NCBI GenBank assembly: GCA_038231275.1
Contig: JBBRLQ010000012.1
Location: 96,001-160,000 of the forward strand
Direction of reading: 5' to 3'
Length of the DNA stretch: 64,000 bases
Origin: Polyangiales bacterium
Lineage (GTDB): Bacteria; Myxococcota_A; Polyangia; Polyangiales; Polyangiaceae
The notes under the pieces are model-generated. The model saw nothing but the letters and a program-made list of their open reading frames with translations. It searched no databases and had not been told where the DNA came from. A program made the position numbers and the translations under genes. Positions 9,729 through 20,035 of this stretch are shown piece after piece (the stretch's first letter is position 1; every line of letters starts with the position of its first letter).

Positions 9729-10630
9729 CGGGCCGGGTCGGTCGCCGCGCGGCGCTCTCGGCGGCGGCGACGCTCGCCCTCACGCGGGCCTCGATCGCAG
9801 AAGAAGCGCTCGGTAATGCGGTCCGCGATCTGGTGGTGCGCGACGTTACGCAGCCGTCGTGGCGGGGGACGCCGCGGCGCTACGTGCTCCTCTTGCCCAC
9901 GCACCTGGCGCCGAACGATCGCGTGCCGCTGCTCGTGCTCTTGCACGGCCTCGCGGAGACGGTGGACGCGAAGATGGGCGCGTATGCGTGGCTCGAGCGG
10001 TACGGCGTCGGTAGCGCGTACGATCGGCTGAGGCGCGCGCCGATCGAGCGCACGAGCCGGCGCGGGGAGTGGACCGACGCGCGCATCGCCGAAGTGAACG
10101 CGTCGCTCACGACGACGCCTTTCCGCGGCATGGCGGTCGTGTGCCCGTTCGTCCCCAACGTGTACAAATCCGCGAGCCCCGCCGTGGAGCTCGACGCGCT
10201 GGCGTCGTGGATCGTGGACGACGTGATCCCCGCATGCCAGGTCGACGCGCCCGTCGTCCCCGACCCATCGCGCACGGGACTCGACGGGTGCTCGCTCGGA
10301 GGCTTCATCGGGCTGGAGGTGTTCCTGCGGCGCCCCGAGGCGTTCGCGACGTGGGGCGGCGTGCAGAGCGCGATCTCAGAGGCAGGCGCACCGGGCTACG
10401 CGGACCGCCTCGCAAAGGCGCTCGCCAAGGTCGGACCGCGCAAGCTCCACGTCGAGTCGAGCTCGCAGGACCCGTACCGCACCGCCAACGAGCGCTTGGC
10501 CGCCGAGCTCGCCCTCCGCAAGGTCGCGTGCGAGCTGCGCGTCCCGCCCGGTCCCCACGACCAGCCGTGGCTGCGGGAGACCGGCACGATCGAGATGCTC
10601 GCCTGGCACGATCGCGCGCTGCGCGGCTAG
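9725..10630 (+). CDS. Alpha/beta-hydrolase (esterase family) with probable Tat signal
   Basis: Likely start is GTG 9725 (VTGRVGRRAAL, twin-Arg). Motifs LLVLLHG, GCSLGG nucleophile elbow, QDPY and GPHD. Confidence 0.85.
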   Translation: MTGRVGRRAALSAAATLALTRASIAEEALGNAVRDLVVRDVTQPSWRGTPRRYVLLLPTHLAPNDRVPLLVLLHGLAETVDAKMGAYAWLERYGVGSAYDRLRRAPIERTSRRGEWTDARIAEVNASLTTTPFRGMAVVCPFVPNVYKSASPAVELDALASWIVDDVIPACQVDAPVVPDPSRTGLDGCSLGGFIGLEVFLRRPEAFATWGGVQSAISEAGAPGYADRLAKALAKVGPRKLHVESSSQDPYRTANERLAAELALRKVACELRVPPGPHDQPWLRETGTIEMLAWHDRALRG

Positions 10631-10664
10631 GAGACGGAGGGGATTTGGGGCTATTCTTCCCGCC

Positions 10665-11135
10665 ATGGCCAAGTCCAACGCCGACGCCCTCACCCTGCTC
10701 GAGAAGCACGCCGCCGAGATCCGCAAGGAGCTCGCGGTGCCGCGGCAGAACGACGTCTTCCGCGCGGCGGTCGAGGCCGGCTTCCTCGCGGCGATGGGCG
10801 ACGGGGAGATGGACGACACCGAGCGCAACACGATCATCCGCTGCGTCGAGCTCCTCTCGGAGGGAGTCGTCATCGAGTGGGAGACGGATCACCTCCTCGA
10901 CGAGTGCGCCGAGCGCGCCGAAAAAGAGGGGAAGGACAAGCGCGCGAAGGCCGTCGGCGCCGCCCTCAAGGAGCTGGGGCACGCCGAGGCCGGCCTGCTG
11001 TTCGCTGCGGTCATCGCGCGCGTCACCAACGGCGTCGACAAGAAAGAGGCGGAGGTCCTGAAGGCGGTGGGCGGCGCCGCGGGCATCGGGGCCGACAAGA
11101 TCAAGTCGATCGTGAAGCGCGCCGCGCTCGCCTGA
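10665..11135 (+). CDS. TerB-like (tellurite resistance family) protein
   Basis: AAMGDGEMDDTE and TNGVDKKE internal repeats typical of the TerB fold. Confidence 0.75.
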   Translation: MAKSNADALTLLEKHAAEIRKELAVPRQNDVFRAAVEAGFLAAMGDGEMDDTERNTIIRCVELLSEGVVIEWETDHLLDECAERAEKEGKDKRAKAVGAALKELGHAEAGLLFAAVIARVTNGVDKKEAEVLKAVGGAAGIGADKIKSIVKRAALA

Positions 11136-11143
11136 GTCCGAAC

Positions 11144-12841
11144 GTGGAGCCGACCGCCGCGACTGCCGCGACTGCCGCGACTGCCGCGACCGGCGCCGAC
11201 GTGCTCGAGCAGAAGATCGCGCGGGTCGCGTCGCGCAAGGACGACTGGGCGAGGACGCCGATCGCCGCGCGCCTCGTCCTCTTGCGCGCCTGCATCGACG
11301 GCGTGCTCGCCTCCGCGACGCGCTGGGTGCAAGGCGGCTGCGCGATGAAGGGGATCGATCCGGCTTCCTCCCTCGCCGGCGAAGAGTGGCTCGTCGGCCC
11401 GTGGGCCACGCTCCGCAACCTGCGCCTCCTCGTGACCGCGCTCGAGGCTGGCGGCATGCCGCGACCCCCCAAGATGCGGACCCGCGACGACGGCCAGCGC
11501 GTCGCCGAGGTGTTCCCGTCCACCTTCGCGGATCGGCTTCTTTTTACGGGTTTTCGCGCCGAAGTGTGGATCGAGCCCGGAAAACCCGCGACGCAAGGGG
11601 CCATCTATCGGTCGCCGCAGTCCACCGGGAAGCTCGCGCTCATCCTCGGCGGCGGCAACGTCTCGTCGATCCCGGCGACGGATGTACTCTACAAGCTTTT
11701 CGTGGAGAACGAGGTCACGGTCCTCAAGATCAACCCCGTGAACGACTTCATCGGGTCGGTGCTCGAGGAGGCGTTCAAGGTGCTGGTGGACGAAGGGTTC
11801 TTGGCCATCGTCCACGGGGGCGCGGAGACCGGGGCGCTCCTGTCCAGTCACGCGTCGATCGACACGCTCCACGTCACCGGGTCTGATCGCACGTACGACG
11901 CGATCGTGTGGGGCCCGCGGAGCGGGCAGGCCGAGCGCAAGGCGAGGGGCGCGCGCCAGAATCCGCGAGCGTTCAGCGCCGAGCTCGGGTGTGTGACGCC
12001 CATCTTGGTCGTGCCGGGCCCGTGGTCGGCGGCGGATCTTCGCTTCCAGGCGCAGCAAGTCGCAGGCTCGGTCGTGCAGAACGCGAGCTTCAACTGCAAC
12101 GCCGGCAAGGTGCTCACCGTCGCGAGCGGCTGGCTCCAGAAGGACGCGTTCCTCCGCGAGGTCCGCGCGGCGCTCGCCTCGACGCCGCCGCGCAAGGCGT
12201 ACTATCCGGGCGCGTTCGAGCGCTGGCGCGGCTTCAAGGACGCCTATCCGCAAGCCGAGGTGCTTGGCGCCGGGGGCGAGGGCGAGGGCGGCGTCGTTCC
12301 TTGGACGTACATCCCCGGCGTCCCTGCGCGCGAAGGCGAGCGCGCGCTCACGACAGAGGCGTTCTGCGGCGTCCTCGCGGAGGTCACGCTCGACGCCGAC
12401 GATCCGGCCACGTTCTTCGAGCGCGCGACGCGCTTCGCGAACGACGCGTGCTGGGGAACCCTGAGCGTCACCGTCCTCGTCCACCCCTCGACGATGCGCG
12501 ACCATCGCGAAGCCCTCGCGCGCATGCTCGGCGAGCTTCGCTACGGCGGCATCGGCGTCAACTGCTGGTCGGCCGTCTGCTACGCGCTCGGCTCGACGTC
12601 GTGGGGCGCCTTCCCGGGTCACACCCCCGAGGACATTCGTTCGGGCACCGGCGTCGTCCACAACGGCTGGCTCTTCGACCACCCGCAAAAATCAGTCGTC
12701 TACGCGCCGTTCCGAATCCGTCCCGCGCCGGTGTGGTTTCCCCAGCGAAAGAAGCTCGACAAGCTCGGTAAGGCGATGACCGAGCACGAGGGCCGTCCGT
12801 CGCTGGGCCGGCTGATGAAGGTCCTCGGCGCAGCGCTCTAA
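11144..12841 (+). CDS. Aldehyde dehydrogenase family protein
   Basis: GGGN, LKINP, HVTGS, ELGCVTP, catalytic NASFNC, EAFC. Start placed at GTG 11144; GTG 11201 is an alternative. Confidence 0.9.
   Translation: MEPTAATAATAATAATGADVLEQKIARVASRKDDWARTPIAARLVLLRACIDGVLASATRWVQGGCAMKGIDPASSLAGEEWLVGPWATLRNLRLLVTALEAGGMPRPPKMRTRDDGQRVAEVFPSTFADRLLFTGFRAEVWIEPGKPATQGAIYRSPQSTGKLALILGGGNVSSIPATDVLYKLFVENEVTVLKINPVNDFIGSVLEEAFKVLVDEGFLAIVHGGAETGALLSSHASIDTLHVTGSDRTYDAIVWGPRSGQAERKARGARQNPRAFSAELGCVTPILVVPGPWSAADLRFQAQQVAGSVVQNASFNCNAGKVLTVASGWLQKDAFLREVRAALASTPPRKAYYPGAFERWRGFKDAYPQAEVLGAGGEGEGGVVPWTYIPGVPAREGERALTTEAFCGVLAEVTLDADDPATFFERATRFANDACWGTLSVTVLVHPSTMRDHREALARMLGELRYGGIGVNCWSAVCYALGSTSWGAFPGHTPEDIRSGTGVVHNGWLFDHPQKSVVYAPFRIRPAPVWFPQRKKLDKLGKAMTEHEGRPSLGRLMKVLGAAL
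11153..11188 (+). repeat. 9-bp tandem repeat (ACTGCCGCG) x4
   Basis: ACCGCCGCG followed by three ACTGCCGCG; encodes Thr-Ala-Ala repeats in frame. Confidence 0.9.
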
Positions 12842-12978
12842 GCCGAGGAACGCGTCGGGTCCGAAGACGGCTCTTGCGACTCCGTGAAAAGGGCGATATA
12901 CGCGGCCTCACTTAATGTGTGGGTAGTGTTTTTTGGCGGTCGCCTTTGGGCCGTGCGCAGTGGGGAGGGATCGGCCGT

Positions 12979-13218
12979 ATGGACAAGACGTTGAGGTGCA
13001 CCGTGTGCACGTGGCGAGGTGCGTGGAGCGACGCCGTGAACGCTCGCCCGATCCCGCCGCGCACGCTGCCGGCGCCGCTTTGGGACATCCAGGACGCCTA
13101 CGAGCAAAAACAAGCCGCGAGCGTTCGCTTCGGGATGACCCGCGAGCCGCCGTGCCCGCGGTGTGGTCACCACACGATCACGGTGCGCCGCACGCCGAGC
13201 TTTCACCCGGCGATGTGA
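12979..13218 (+). CDS. Small split zinc-ribbon protein (CxxC...CxxC), 79 aa
   Basis: GGAGG RBS before ATG 12979; CTVC and CPRC pairs. Confidence 0.7.
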   Translation: MDKTLRCTVCTWRGAWSDAVNARPIPPRTLPAPLWDIQDAYEQKQAASVRFGMTREPPCPRCGHHTITVRRTPSFHPAM

Positions 13219-13245
13219 GCGCGAGAGCGCGGAGGGACCCGCCGG

Positions 13246-14844
13246 TCAGTTGCCGGTCGCGGAGAGCTCGAGATCGGGCGGCGCGTCGGCGCAGAGGATC
13301 GTCGGGTTACCGCTCGCGTTCGGCTGAATCGTCAGCGTGATGTGACCGAGCGTCTGCACGCCCTTCGGAGGGTTCGTCACGGTCAGCGTGCCCGGGACTC
13401 CTGCACCCCCGACGAGGTTTCCGGCGAAGACGTTGCTGCTCCACGTCGGCGTGCCCCCGTCTACGGCCGGCTGGCTGATCGCGCCCACGGCGGTCCCATC
13501 GCCCAGCCGGAAGGTGCCCTGGTAGTTGCCCACGTTGGTCACCGAGAACCCCGCAAACTGCGACGCGCCACCCGGACCGCCCGTCGAGATCGCGTTAGGG
13601 GAATACTGGAGGACCGCGCCACGCGCCGTTTGGCTCAACGTGATCGTGTGGAGCTTGGGACCAGAGCCGTCGTTCGTCGTGATGGTCAGCGTGTCACCGA
13701 AGAAGTTCGCGTCGGTGCGCGACGGCTTGGGGATGGCGTTGGAGGCGATCATGAAGGGCTGAGTCAGGCCCGCCGCAACGCTGCCTGGCGTGCCCCCCGT
13801 CTGGGTGAGCGTGTAGGGGCTCGCGGCGGCCTTCGCGAAGGCGTAGGTGAAGGTGATTCCGGCCCCCTTGTTCTGGAGCTGGAAGTTCTGGGACGGCGCC
13901 GCTAGGCCGCCGCAGTTCGTGAGACCGAAATCGAGATTGGTCGGGCTGATGAAGACGCTGTTGTCGCCGGCTCCTTGGAGGAGCGCATTCACGGGGAGCG
14001 GCCCGCACAGGGCCACCGGTGTGCCGCCGCCGCTCGTGTCGATGCTGGTGATGAGCGTGTCGGTGTAACCCGACGCGATCGGCGGAGTGAACGTGATGAT
14101 TGGCGCCTTCGGCACCGAGGGATCGATCGTGAAGGTCCCCGGCGAGACGCTGAAGACGGGGCCTGCCACCCCGAGCTTCACCGCGGCGGCGACGTTGCCG
14201 ATGTTGGTCATGCTGAACGTCGACTGCGCCGACTGCGCCACCGCCTGCGAGTTGAAGTTGAAGCCGTTGCCGAGCGTCGACGTGAGGATGACGCCGCGTG
14301 CTGTCTGGTGGAGCTGGATCACGTGCGTCGTGTCGTTCGACGCGCTCGTCTGGATGATGACGACGCCACCGTAGAGGTCGGGCGTGACCGCCGAGGTCGC
14401 GGGGACCGCCTGCGGGATGACCTGCATGATCGCCGACTGGCCCGCGTTCACGGTGCCCTCCACCGGCGAGAGCGTGTAGTAGGCGGCACCTGCCGACAGC
14501 TTCGCGCTCCACTTCAACGAGGAGGTGCCGGTGTTCGAGATCGTCACGGGCACGGACGTCGCCGACGCGCCGCAGTTGACGAAGCCATTGTCGCCGAAGC
14601 GGATGTCGGTCACCGAGCCGGCGTCGCCGCTCGAGATGTTCACCGTGGTCGGCCCGCCCTCGGGCGGCGGCGCGGCTTCGGCGACGTCGATGTTGTTGTT
14701 GGGCGCGTCCGACACGATGCCACCGTCGGAGTCTCCGATCAGCGAGCCGGGGTGCGCCGCAGAGCTGCCGCACGCCACCGGAATGAACATCAACGCCGTC
14801 ACCGCAAAGCCGAAAGCGATCGAGAGATAAGCAGCTTTTCGCAT
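13246..14844 (-). CDS. Surface lipoprotein with tandem Ig-like (ASH/BACON/choice-of-anchor-like) domains
   Basis: Start MRKAAYL...PVAC lipobox; repeated FG...ISNTG / TNIGN / QNKG / TNVGN strands. Confidence 0.85.
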   Translation of the reverse strand: MRKAAYLSIAFGFAVTALMFIPVACGSSAAHPGSLIGDSDGGIVSDAPNNNIDVAEAAPPPEGGPTTVNISSGDAGSVTDIRFGDNGFVNCGASATSVPVTISNTGTSSLKWSAKLSAGAAYYTLSPVEGTVNAGQSAIMQVIPQAVPATSAVTPDLYGGVVIIQTSASNDTTHVIQLHQTARGVILTSTLGNGFNFNSQAVAQSAQSTFSMTNIGNVAAAVKLGVAGPVFSVSPGTFTIDPSVPKAPIITFTPPIASGYTDTLITSIDTSGGGTPVALCGPLPVNALLQGAGDNSVFISPTNLDFGLTNCGGLAAPSQNFQLQNKGAGITFTYAFAKAAASPYTLTQTGGTPGSVAAGLTQPFMIASNAIPKPSRTDANFFGDTLTITTNDGSGPKLHTITLSQTARGAVLQYSPNAISTGGPGGASQFAGFSVTNVGNYQGTFRLGDGTAVGAISQPAVDGGTPTWSSNVFAGNLVGGAGVPGTLTVTNPPKGVQTLGHITLTIQPNASGNPTILCADAPPDLELSATGN

Positions 14845-15017
14845 GATGACAGGATAGCGAGGTTTCACCGCGGCGCTCAACAAACTGGGCGCGCGAAGCG
14901 GGCTCGCGCCGTTGACATCGGCGGCGCGCGTCACAAGATGAGAGGAAGCGCGAGGTATGTCGCCCGCGTGTTACCCCGCCGGGAGTGAGGACCACCTCGG
15001 CGAGTTGGAGTCGGAAA

Positions 15018-15536
15018 ATGCATGGATATCCTGGAATGATGGCGTGGTGGAACGCGCATCGCGATGGGCACTTTGGTCGAGGCGTTGGGAGAGGGTGTGG
15101 GCCCGGAGCGCACGCGCACGGACCTGGCGACGGACCGCATCAGGGAGGGCCCGGTGCGTGGGCCGGACCTGGCGGTGGCCACGAAGAGGGCGGCGGAGGC
15201 TTCGGCGTGCGGCGTCCGCTCCGGTTCTTGGCGTTCAAGCTTGAGCTCGACGAGTCGCAGGTCACCGAGCTCGCGCGCATCCTCAACGATCTCAAGACGG
15301 AGCGCGCGCAGGCGGCGGTCGACGACCGGCGCACGGTGAGCGCGTTCGCCGACGCGATCGCGGAGGGCGCGTGGGACGAAGGCAAAGCGATCGCGGCGGC
15401 GGACGCGCGCGTGAAGAGCGCGCAGGCGCTGAAGGACGCGGTGGTGAAGGCCCTCGGCCGCATCCACGCGCTCCTCGAGACGGGTCAGCGAGAGAAGCTC
15501 GCGTACCTGATCCGGACCGGCACGCTCAGCATCTGA
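15018..15536 (+). CDS. Spy/CpxP-like helical protein
   Basis: Gly/His-rich N-terminus; LELDESQ and LETGQR LTxxQ-like motifs. Confidence 0.7.
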   Translation: MHGYPGMMAWWNAHRDGHFGRGVGRGCGPGAHAHGPGDGPHQGGPGAWAGPGGGHEEGGGGFGVRRPLRFLAFKLELDESQVTELARILNDLKTERAQAAVDDRRTVSAFADAIAEGAWDEGKAIAAADARVKSAQALKDAVVKALGRIHALLETGQREKLAYLIRTGTLSI

Positions 15537-15627
15537 AGCGTCATCTGAAACGTCGCATTCTGACCGGCTGAGCCGCGACTCTCCTCTCGATCGCGTGTAT
15601 CGTCTCGCGCTTCGGGAGGAGAGGCGC

Positions 15628-17262
15628 ATGCTCGAAGGGACCATGATGGATTTCCCGCTCACGGTCGGGCACTTGCTCGACCGCGCGCGGACGTTCTTCG
15701 GCGCGGGGGAGGTCGTGAGCCGGCTGTCGGACCGATCCATCCACCGGACGACGTACGGCGAGCTGCACCGCCGCGCGTGTCGCCTCGCCAACGCCCTCGT
15801 GCGCCTCGGCGTGAAGCCCGGCGATCGCGTCGCGACGCTGTGCTGGAACCACTCGCGCCACCTCGAGGCGTACCTCGCGGTGCCCGCAATGGGCGCCGTG
15901 CTGCACACGCTCAACCTTCGCCTCCACCCGAACGAGCTCCGCTACATCGCGACGCACGCCGGCGACAAAATCGTCCTGTGCGATCGCTCGCTCTTGCCGC
16001 TCCTCGAGAAGTTCGTGAAGGAGGTGCCGACGGTCACGCACGTCGTCGTCCTCGGAGACGACGGCGAGGTCGACGCGTCGATGCTCGACTACGAGAAGCT
16101 CCTCGCGAAAGAGCAAGAGCACTACGACTTCCCGACGCTGGACGAGAAGAGCGCCGCGCTCATCTGCTACACGTCCGGCACGACGGGAAATCCGAAGGGT
16201 GTAGTCTACAGTCATCGCTCGACGGTGCTGCATTCGCTCGCGGTGTGCATGACCGACACCCTGGGCCTCGGCGAGGCCGACACGGTGCTCCCCGTCGTCC
16301 CGATGTTCCACGCGAACGCGTGGGGCCTGCCGTACAGCGCGGTGCTGTCGGGCGCGAAGCTGATTTTCCCCGGCCCGCACTTGGATCCGACGAGCCTGCT
16401 CGAGCTGATGCAGGACGAGAAGGTGACCCTCGCAGGCGGCGTGCCGACGATCTGGCTCGGCATCCTCGCGCTCCTCGACGCATCGCCGAAGAAATGGGAC
16501 CTGTCGAGCATCCGCCGCATGGTCATCGGAGGGTCCGCCGCGCCGCCGTCGCTCATCGACGGCTTCGCCAAGCGCCACGGCATCGAGGTGCTGCACGCCT
16601 GGGGCATGACCGAGATGAACCCCATCGGCACCGTCGCGCGCCTGCGGCGCGAGCACGCGAACCTGAGCGCCGAAGAGAAGCTCCACGTCCGCGCGTCGCA
16701 GGGCTACCCGGTTCCCTTCGTCGAGCAGCGTCACACCAGCGACACCGGAAACATCCTGCCTTGGGACGGCAAGACGATGGGTGAGCTCGAGGTGCGCGGG
16801 CCGTGGGTCGCCAAGGGGTACCTCGGCGGCGAGGGAAAGGACCGCTTCACCGACGACGGCTGGTTCAAGACCGGCGACGTGGTCACGCTCGACGCGGCGG
16901 GCTACGTACGCATCTGCGACCGCTCGAAGGACGTCATCAAGTCGGGCGGCGAGTGGATCAGCTCGGTCGATCTCGAGAACGCGCTCATGGCGCACCCGGC
17001 GGTGCTCGAGGCGGCGGTCTTCGCGGGGGTCCACCCGAAGTGGGACGAGCGGCCGATCGCCGCGATCGTGTGGAAGCCGAACGCCACGGCGACCGACGAC
17101 GAGCTCCGCGCTCACTTGGAAGGGCGTTTTCCGAAGTTCTGGATGCCCGACGCGTTCGTCGTCGTCGAGCAAGTGCCGCGGACGTCGACCGGGAAATTCC
17201 TGAAGACGCGCCTGCGTGAGCTCTACGGCGACATTCTGACCAAGGGCGTCACTTCGACGTGA
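15628..17262 (+). CDS. Medium/long-chain fatty acid--CoA ligase (AlkK/DmdB-like)
   Basis: [55 protein letters not shown] before ATG 15628. Confidence 0.95.
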   Translation: MLEGTMMDFPLTVGHLLDRARTFFGAGEVVSRLSDRSIHRTTYGELHRRACRLANALVRLGVKPGDRVATLCWNHSRHLEAYLAVPAMGAVLHTLNLRLHPNELRYIATHAGDKIVLCDRSLLPLLEKFVKEVPTVTHVVVLGDDGEVDASMLDYEKLLAKEQEHYDFPTLDEKSAALICYTSGTTGNPKGVVYSHRSTVLHSLAVCMTDTLGLGEADTVLPVVPMFHANAWGLPYSAVLSGAKLIFPGPHLDPTSLLELMQDEKVTLAGGVPTIWLGILALLDASPKKWDLSSIRRMVIGGSAAPPSLIDGFAKRHGIEVLHAWGMTEMNPIGTVARLRREHANLSAEEKLHVRASQGYPVPFVEQRHTSDTGNILPWDGKTMGELEVRGPWVAKGYLGGEGKDRFTDDGWFKTGDVVTLDAAGYVRICDRSKDVIKSGGEWISSVDLENALMAHPAVLEAAVFAGVHPKWDERPIAAIVWKPNATATDDELRAHLEGRFPKFWMPDAFVVVEQVPRTSTGKFLKTRLRELYGDILTKGVTST

Positions 17263-18181
17263 GCCACAGGACGGTGGCCGCCGCGAGCGCGACGCCGCCG
17301 ACGATCACGCCCGCTGTCGCGAAATCGGCGCGGACGCCGGCGTCGTGGCCGAGGCGGACGCCGTCGGGATCGCACCCGGCGCTCGTGCAGTGGCCGCGCG
17401 CGTCCGAGTAGATCGAGCGCGCCGAGAGCGCGAGGCCGCCCGCCAGCACAAGCGCGACGACGCCGACGCCGGCGGCACCGACCGCGACGCCTCGTTGGGC
17501 CCCGAGACCGCGCGAGTCGTCGCGCGCGGGGGAGGGCGTCGCAGGGAATCCGACGGGATCCGTCGCGCGAGGCGGCAGCGGCGCCGGCGCAGCAGGAGGA
17601 GACGCCTCGAGCGACGGCACGTCGACGGTGACCGTCATCGGCGCGGCGGAGATCGACACCGTTCCGTGCCACGATTTTTTCCCGGGCGCGGTCGCCTCGA
17701 GCGCGTGCTCTCCCGGATCCAGCGGCACCGCGCTCCCCCACGCCTCGCGATCGATCGGGACGCCGTCCTTGGCGACGGCCAGCGCAGGATCGTCTTCGGC
17801 GACGCGCACCACGAGACGCGAGAGCTTGGGCTCGAGCGCCGCCGCACGCCCGCGCGCGATCCGTTCCCGCTCCGACTGGCCAGCGCTGAGCGCCGCCGAC
17901 GCCGCCTCGCGAAATCGCGCCCACGCGCTCGCGTACCGACCGGCACTCTCGTAGCAGTCTCCCAGGTTCAGCAGCGTGCCGACGCCGGGATCGAGCCGCT
18001 GGCTGGCCTCGAGCTTTGGACACGCGCGTGCGAACTGTCCGTCTCGCATGAGCGCCCGCCCCTCGTCGAAGAGCGCCTCCGCCGCCGCCGGATCGCGGGG
18101 CTCGGCGCGCGCGACGCCGGACGCAGCCCCGATGAGGACGGCGAAGACGGCAACATGGATCGCGGCGCGGCGGGCCTTCAC
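17249..18181 (-). CDS. TPR + PEGA-like exported protein
   Basis: Signal peptide; AAAEALFDEGR...ACPKLEASQRLDP...LLNLGDCYE TPR; LDPGEHALEATAPG; C-terminal TM helices. Confidence 0.85.
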   Translation of the reverse strand: MKARRAAIHVAVFAVLIGAASGVARAEPRDPAAAEALFDEGRALMRDGQFARACPKLEASQRLDPGVGTLLNLGDCYESAGRYASAWARFREAASAALSAGQSERERIARGRAAALEPKLSRLVVRVAEDDPALAVAKDGVPIDREAWGSAVPLDPGEHALEATAPGKKSWHGTVSISAAPMTVTVDVPSLEASPPAAPAPLPPRATDPVGFPATPSPARDDSRGLGAQRGVAVGAAGVGVVALVLAGGLALSARSIYSDARGHCTSAGCDPDGVRLGHDAGVRADFATAGVIVGGVALAAATVLWLTSK

Positions 18182-19416
18182 TTGCGGTCTTGGTAGAAGC
18201 GCGAGGGATCGACGGCGACGGCGCCTGCGTCGATCGCCGCGGCGCGAGGACGTGGCTGGTAGCGAGGAGGGATGACGTACGACGCCGGCGGCATCGGGAC
18301 CGCGGTCACGGCGAGCGGGGCCGTCGAGAGCTCGGCCGGAGGCAGCGGCGCGGCGGTCGCGCGCGTTTCGTTGGGGACGACGATCGGTGGCACGGCCCGA
18401 TCACGCCGAAGAAGGCCCACCGCGAGCGCCGCCGCGACCGAGACCGCGCCGAGCCACGCGAGCCGCGAGCGAGACGCCGGGCGCGCATCGGTCGCGACGA
18501 ACGACGCGCCGGTGGTCGACGCCTCCGGTGGCGGCGCGGGCGATGGCGTGAGCCCGACGTCGCCCGTGCGCCGCGCCGGCGTCGCCTCGGTCGACGCGAG
18601 CGCCTCTTCGATCTCGCGCGCGAACACGCGCGCCGACGACGGGCGCGCCTCCGGCCGCGTCGAGAGCGCGCGCATGAGGACGCCCTCCACGCGCGGCGAC
18701 ACGCTCGCCCCCTTCGCGCTCGGCGGCTTCGGGTCGAGGCGCCCCGACGCGTCCACCGACGACGCATCCCACGGCAGGCGGCCCGCGAGCATCACGTAGA
18801 GCGTCACCGCGAGCTCGGACACGTCGGTGCGTACCGTCGCGGCGCTCCCGAAGAAGCGCTCCGGCGCCATGTACGCCGGCGTCCCCTTCACGACCCCCGA
18901 CTCCGTCGTCGTCGAGTCCGGCCGCTCGAGCTCACGCGCGATGCCGAAATCGAGCAAGATCGGCCGGGGCGACCCGTCGGCCTCCTCGAGGAAGACGTTC
19001 TCCGGTTTGATGTCGCGATGAACCATGCCCGCGTCGTGCAGCGCCGCCACGCCCGCGGCGAGCGCCGAGAAGATCGCGACCGCCTCGCCGGCCGGCAACG
19101 GTCCACGCAGGACGCGGTGGTGCAGCGTCTCGCCCGCGAGGCGCGGCATCGCGAGGTACGGCCGACCGTCGGGCAACGTTCCCGCATCCAACAGCGAGAC
19201 AAGCGCCGCGTGCTCGACCTTGCGGATCTTGGTCGCCTCCGCGACGAAGCGCGCGCGGTCCTTGTCCGTGACCGTCGCGCTCTCCTTCAAGACCTTCAGC
19301 GCGACCGGCCGATCGTGCCAGAACGCCGCGTAGACGACGCCGCTGCCCCCTTCCCCGAGGCGCGCCGTCAGCGAAAACTCGCCGAGCTCCGACGTGTCAT
19401 CCGCCGCAAGGGTCAT
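18178..19416 (-). CDS. Membrane Ser/Thr protein kinase
   Basis: LGEGGSG, VALK, HRDIKPEN, DFG, YMAPE; one TM helix. Confidence 0.95.
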   Translation of the reverse strand: MTLAADDTSELGEFSLTARLGEGGSGVVYAAFWHDRPVALKVLKESATVTDKDRARFVAEATKIRKVEHAALVSLLDAGTLPDGRPYLAMPRLAGETLHHRVLRGPLPAGEAVAIFSALAAGVAALHDAGMVHRDIKPENVFLEEADGSPRPILLDFGIARELERPDSTTTESGVVKGTPAYMAPERFFGSAATVRTDVSELAVTLYVMLAGRLPWDASSVDASGRLDPKPPSAKGASVSPRVEGVLMRALSTRPEARPSSARVFAREIEEALASTEATPARRTGDVGLTPSPAPPPEASTTGASFVATDARPASRSRLAWLGAVSVAAALAVGLLRRDRAVPPIVVPNETRATAAPLPPAELSTAPLAVTAVPMPPASYVIPPRYQPRPRAAAIDAGAVAVDPSRFYQDRK

Positions 19417-19441
19417 CGGGCGAGATGCGTAGCACCGCCGG

Positions 19442-19996
19442 TCACTTCACGCACGTCTGCCAGGCCCCCTGGGTCTTCGACGCCATCGCGCAGTTGAATT
19501 TGCTGCGCGACACGTCGGTCTCGCAGTCCTTCTGGAGCGACTGGAAGCGCTGATCCTGCGCGGAGATCTGGCGCACCATCGTCTTGGCGTCGGGGCCGAG
19601 GTCCTTGAAGCGCTCGTCGGACTCGAGGAGCACATCGAAGAAGTGATCGAACATCCGCGAGCACTCGGCGGCGGTGATCTTCTCCTTGCCGGTGGGCTTC
19701 TTGCCGGGCTTGTCCTTGCCCTCGTCGCGGTCGATTTTCCGGCTGAAGATCTCGGGCTCGGGGAGGTTGCCGCTCCCCTTCGACGCCGCGGGCGCGGGGC
19801 CGGTGGCGGCGGGCACCGGCGCCTCGTCGGCGGGAGGCGCGTCGGCCTTCGCGGCGCCCGGCGTCGGCTTCGGCTCCTCCTTGATGTCGTTCACGAACGA
19901 CGCCTCGCGCATCGTGTCGACGTCCACCCTCGTGCGCGGCGGTTTGCTGCACGCGAGCGCCAGGAAGATCGTGGCGACGGGAACGGCGGCGCGCAT
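19442..19996 (-). CDS. Lipoprotein with Cys-containing helical C-terminal domain
   Basis: LALAC lipobox; four Cys in the C-terminal domain. Confidence 0.8.
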   Translation of the reverse strand: MRAAVPVATIFLALACSKPPRTRVDVDTMREASFVNDIKEEPKPTPGAAKADAPPADEAPVPAATGPAPAASKGSGNLPEPEIFSRKIDRDEGKDKPGKKPTGKEKITAAECSRMFDHFFDVLLESDERFKDLGPDAKTMVRQISAQDQRFQSLQKDCETDVSRSKFNCAMASKTQGAWQTCVK

Positions 19997-20035
19997 GCGC
20001 TGACCATACGGGATCGGGCCCTCGCGCGCGAGCGG

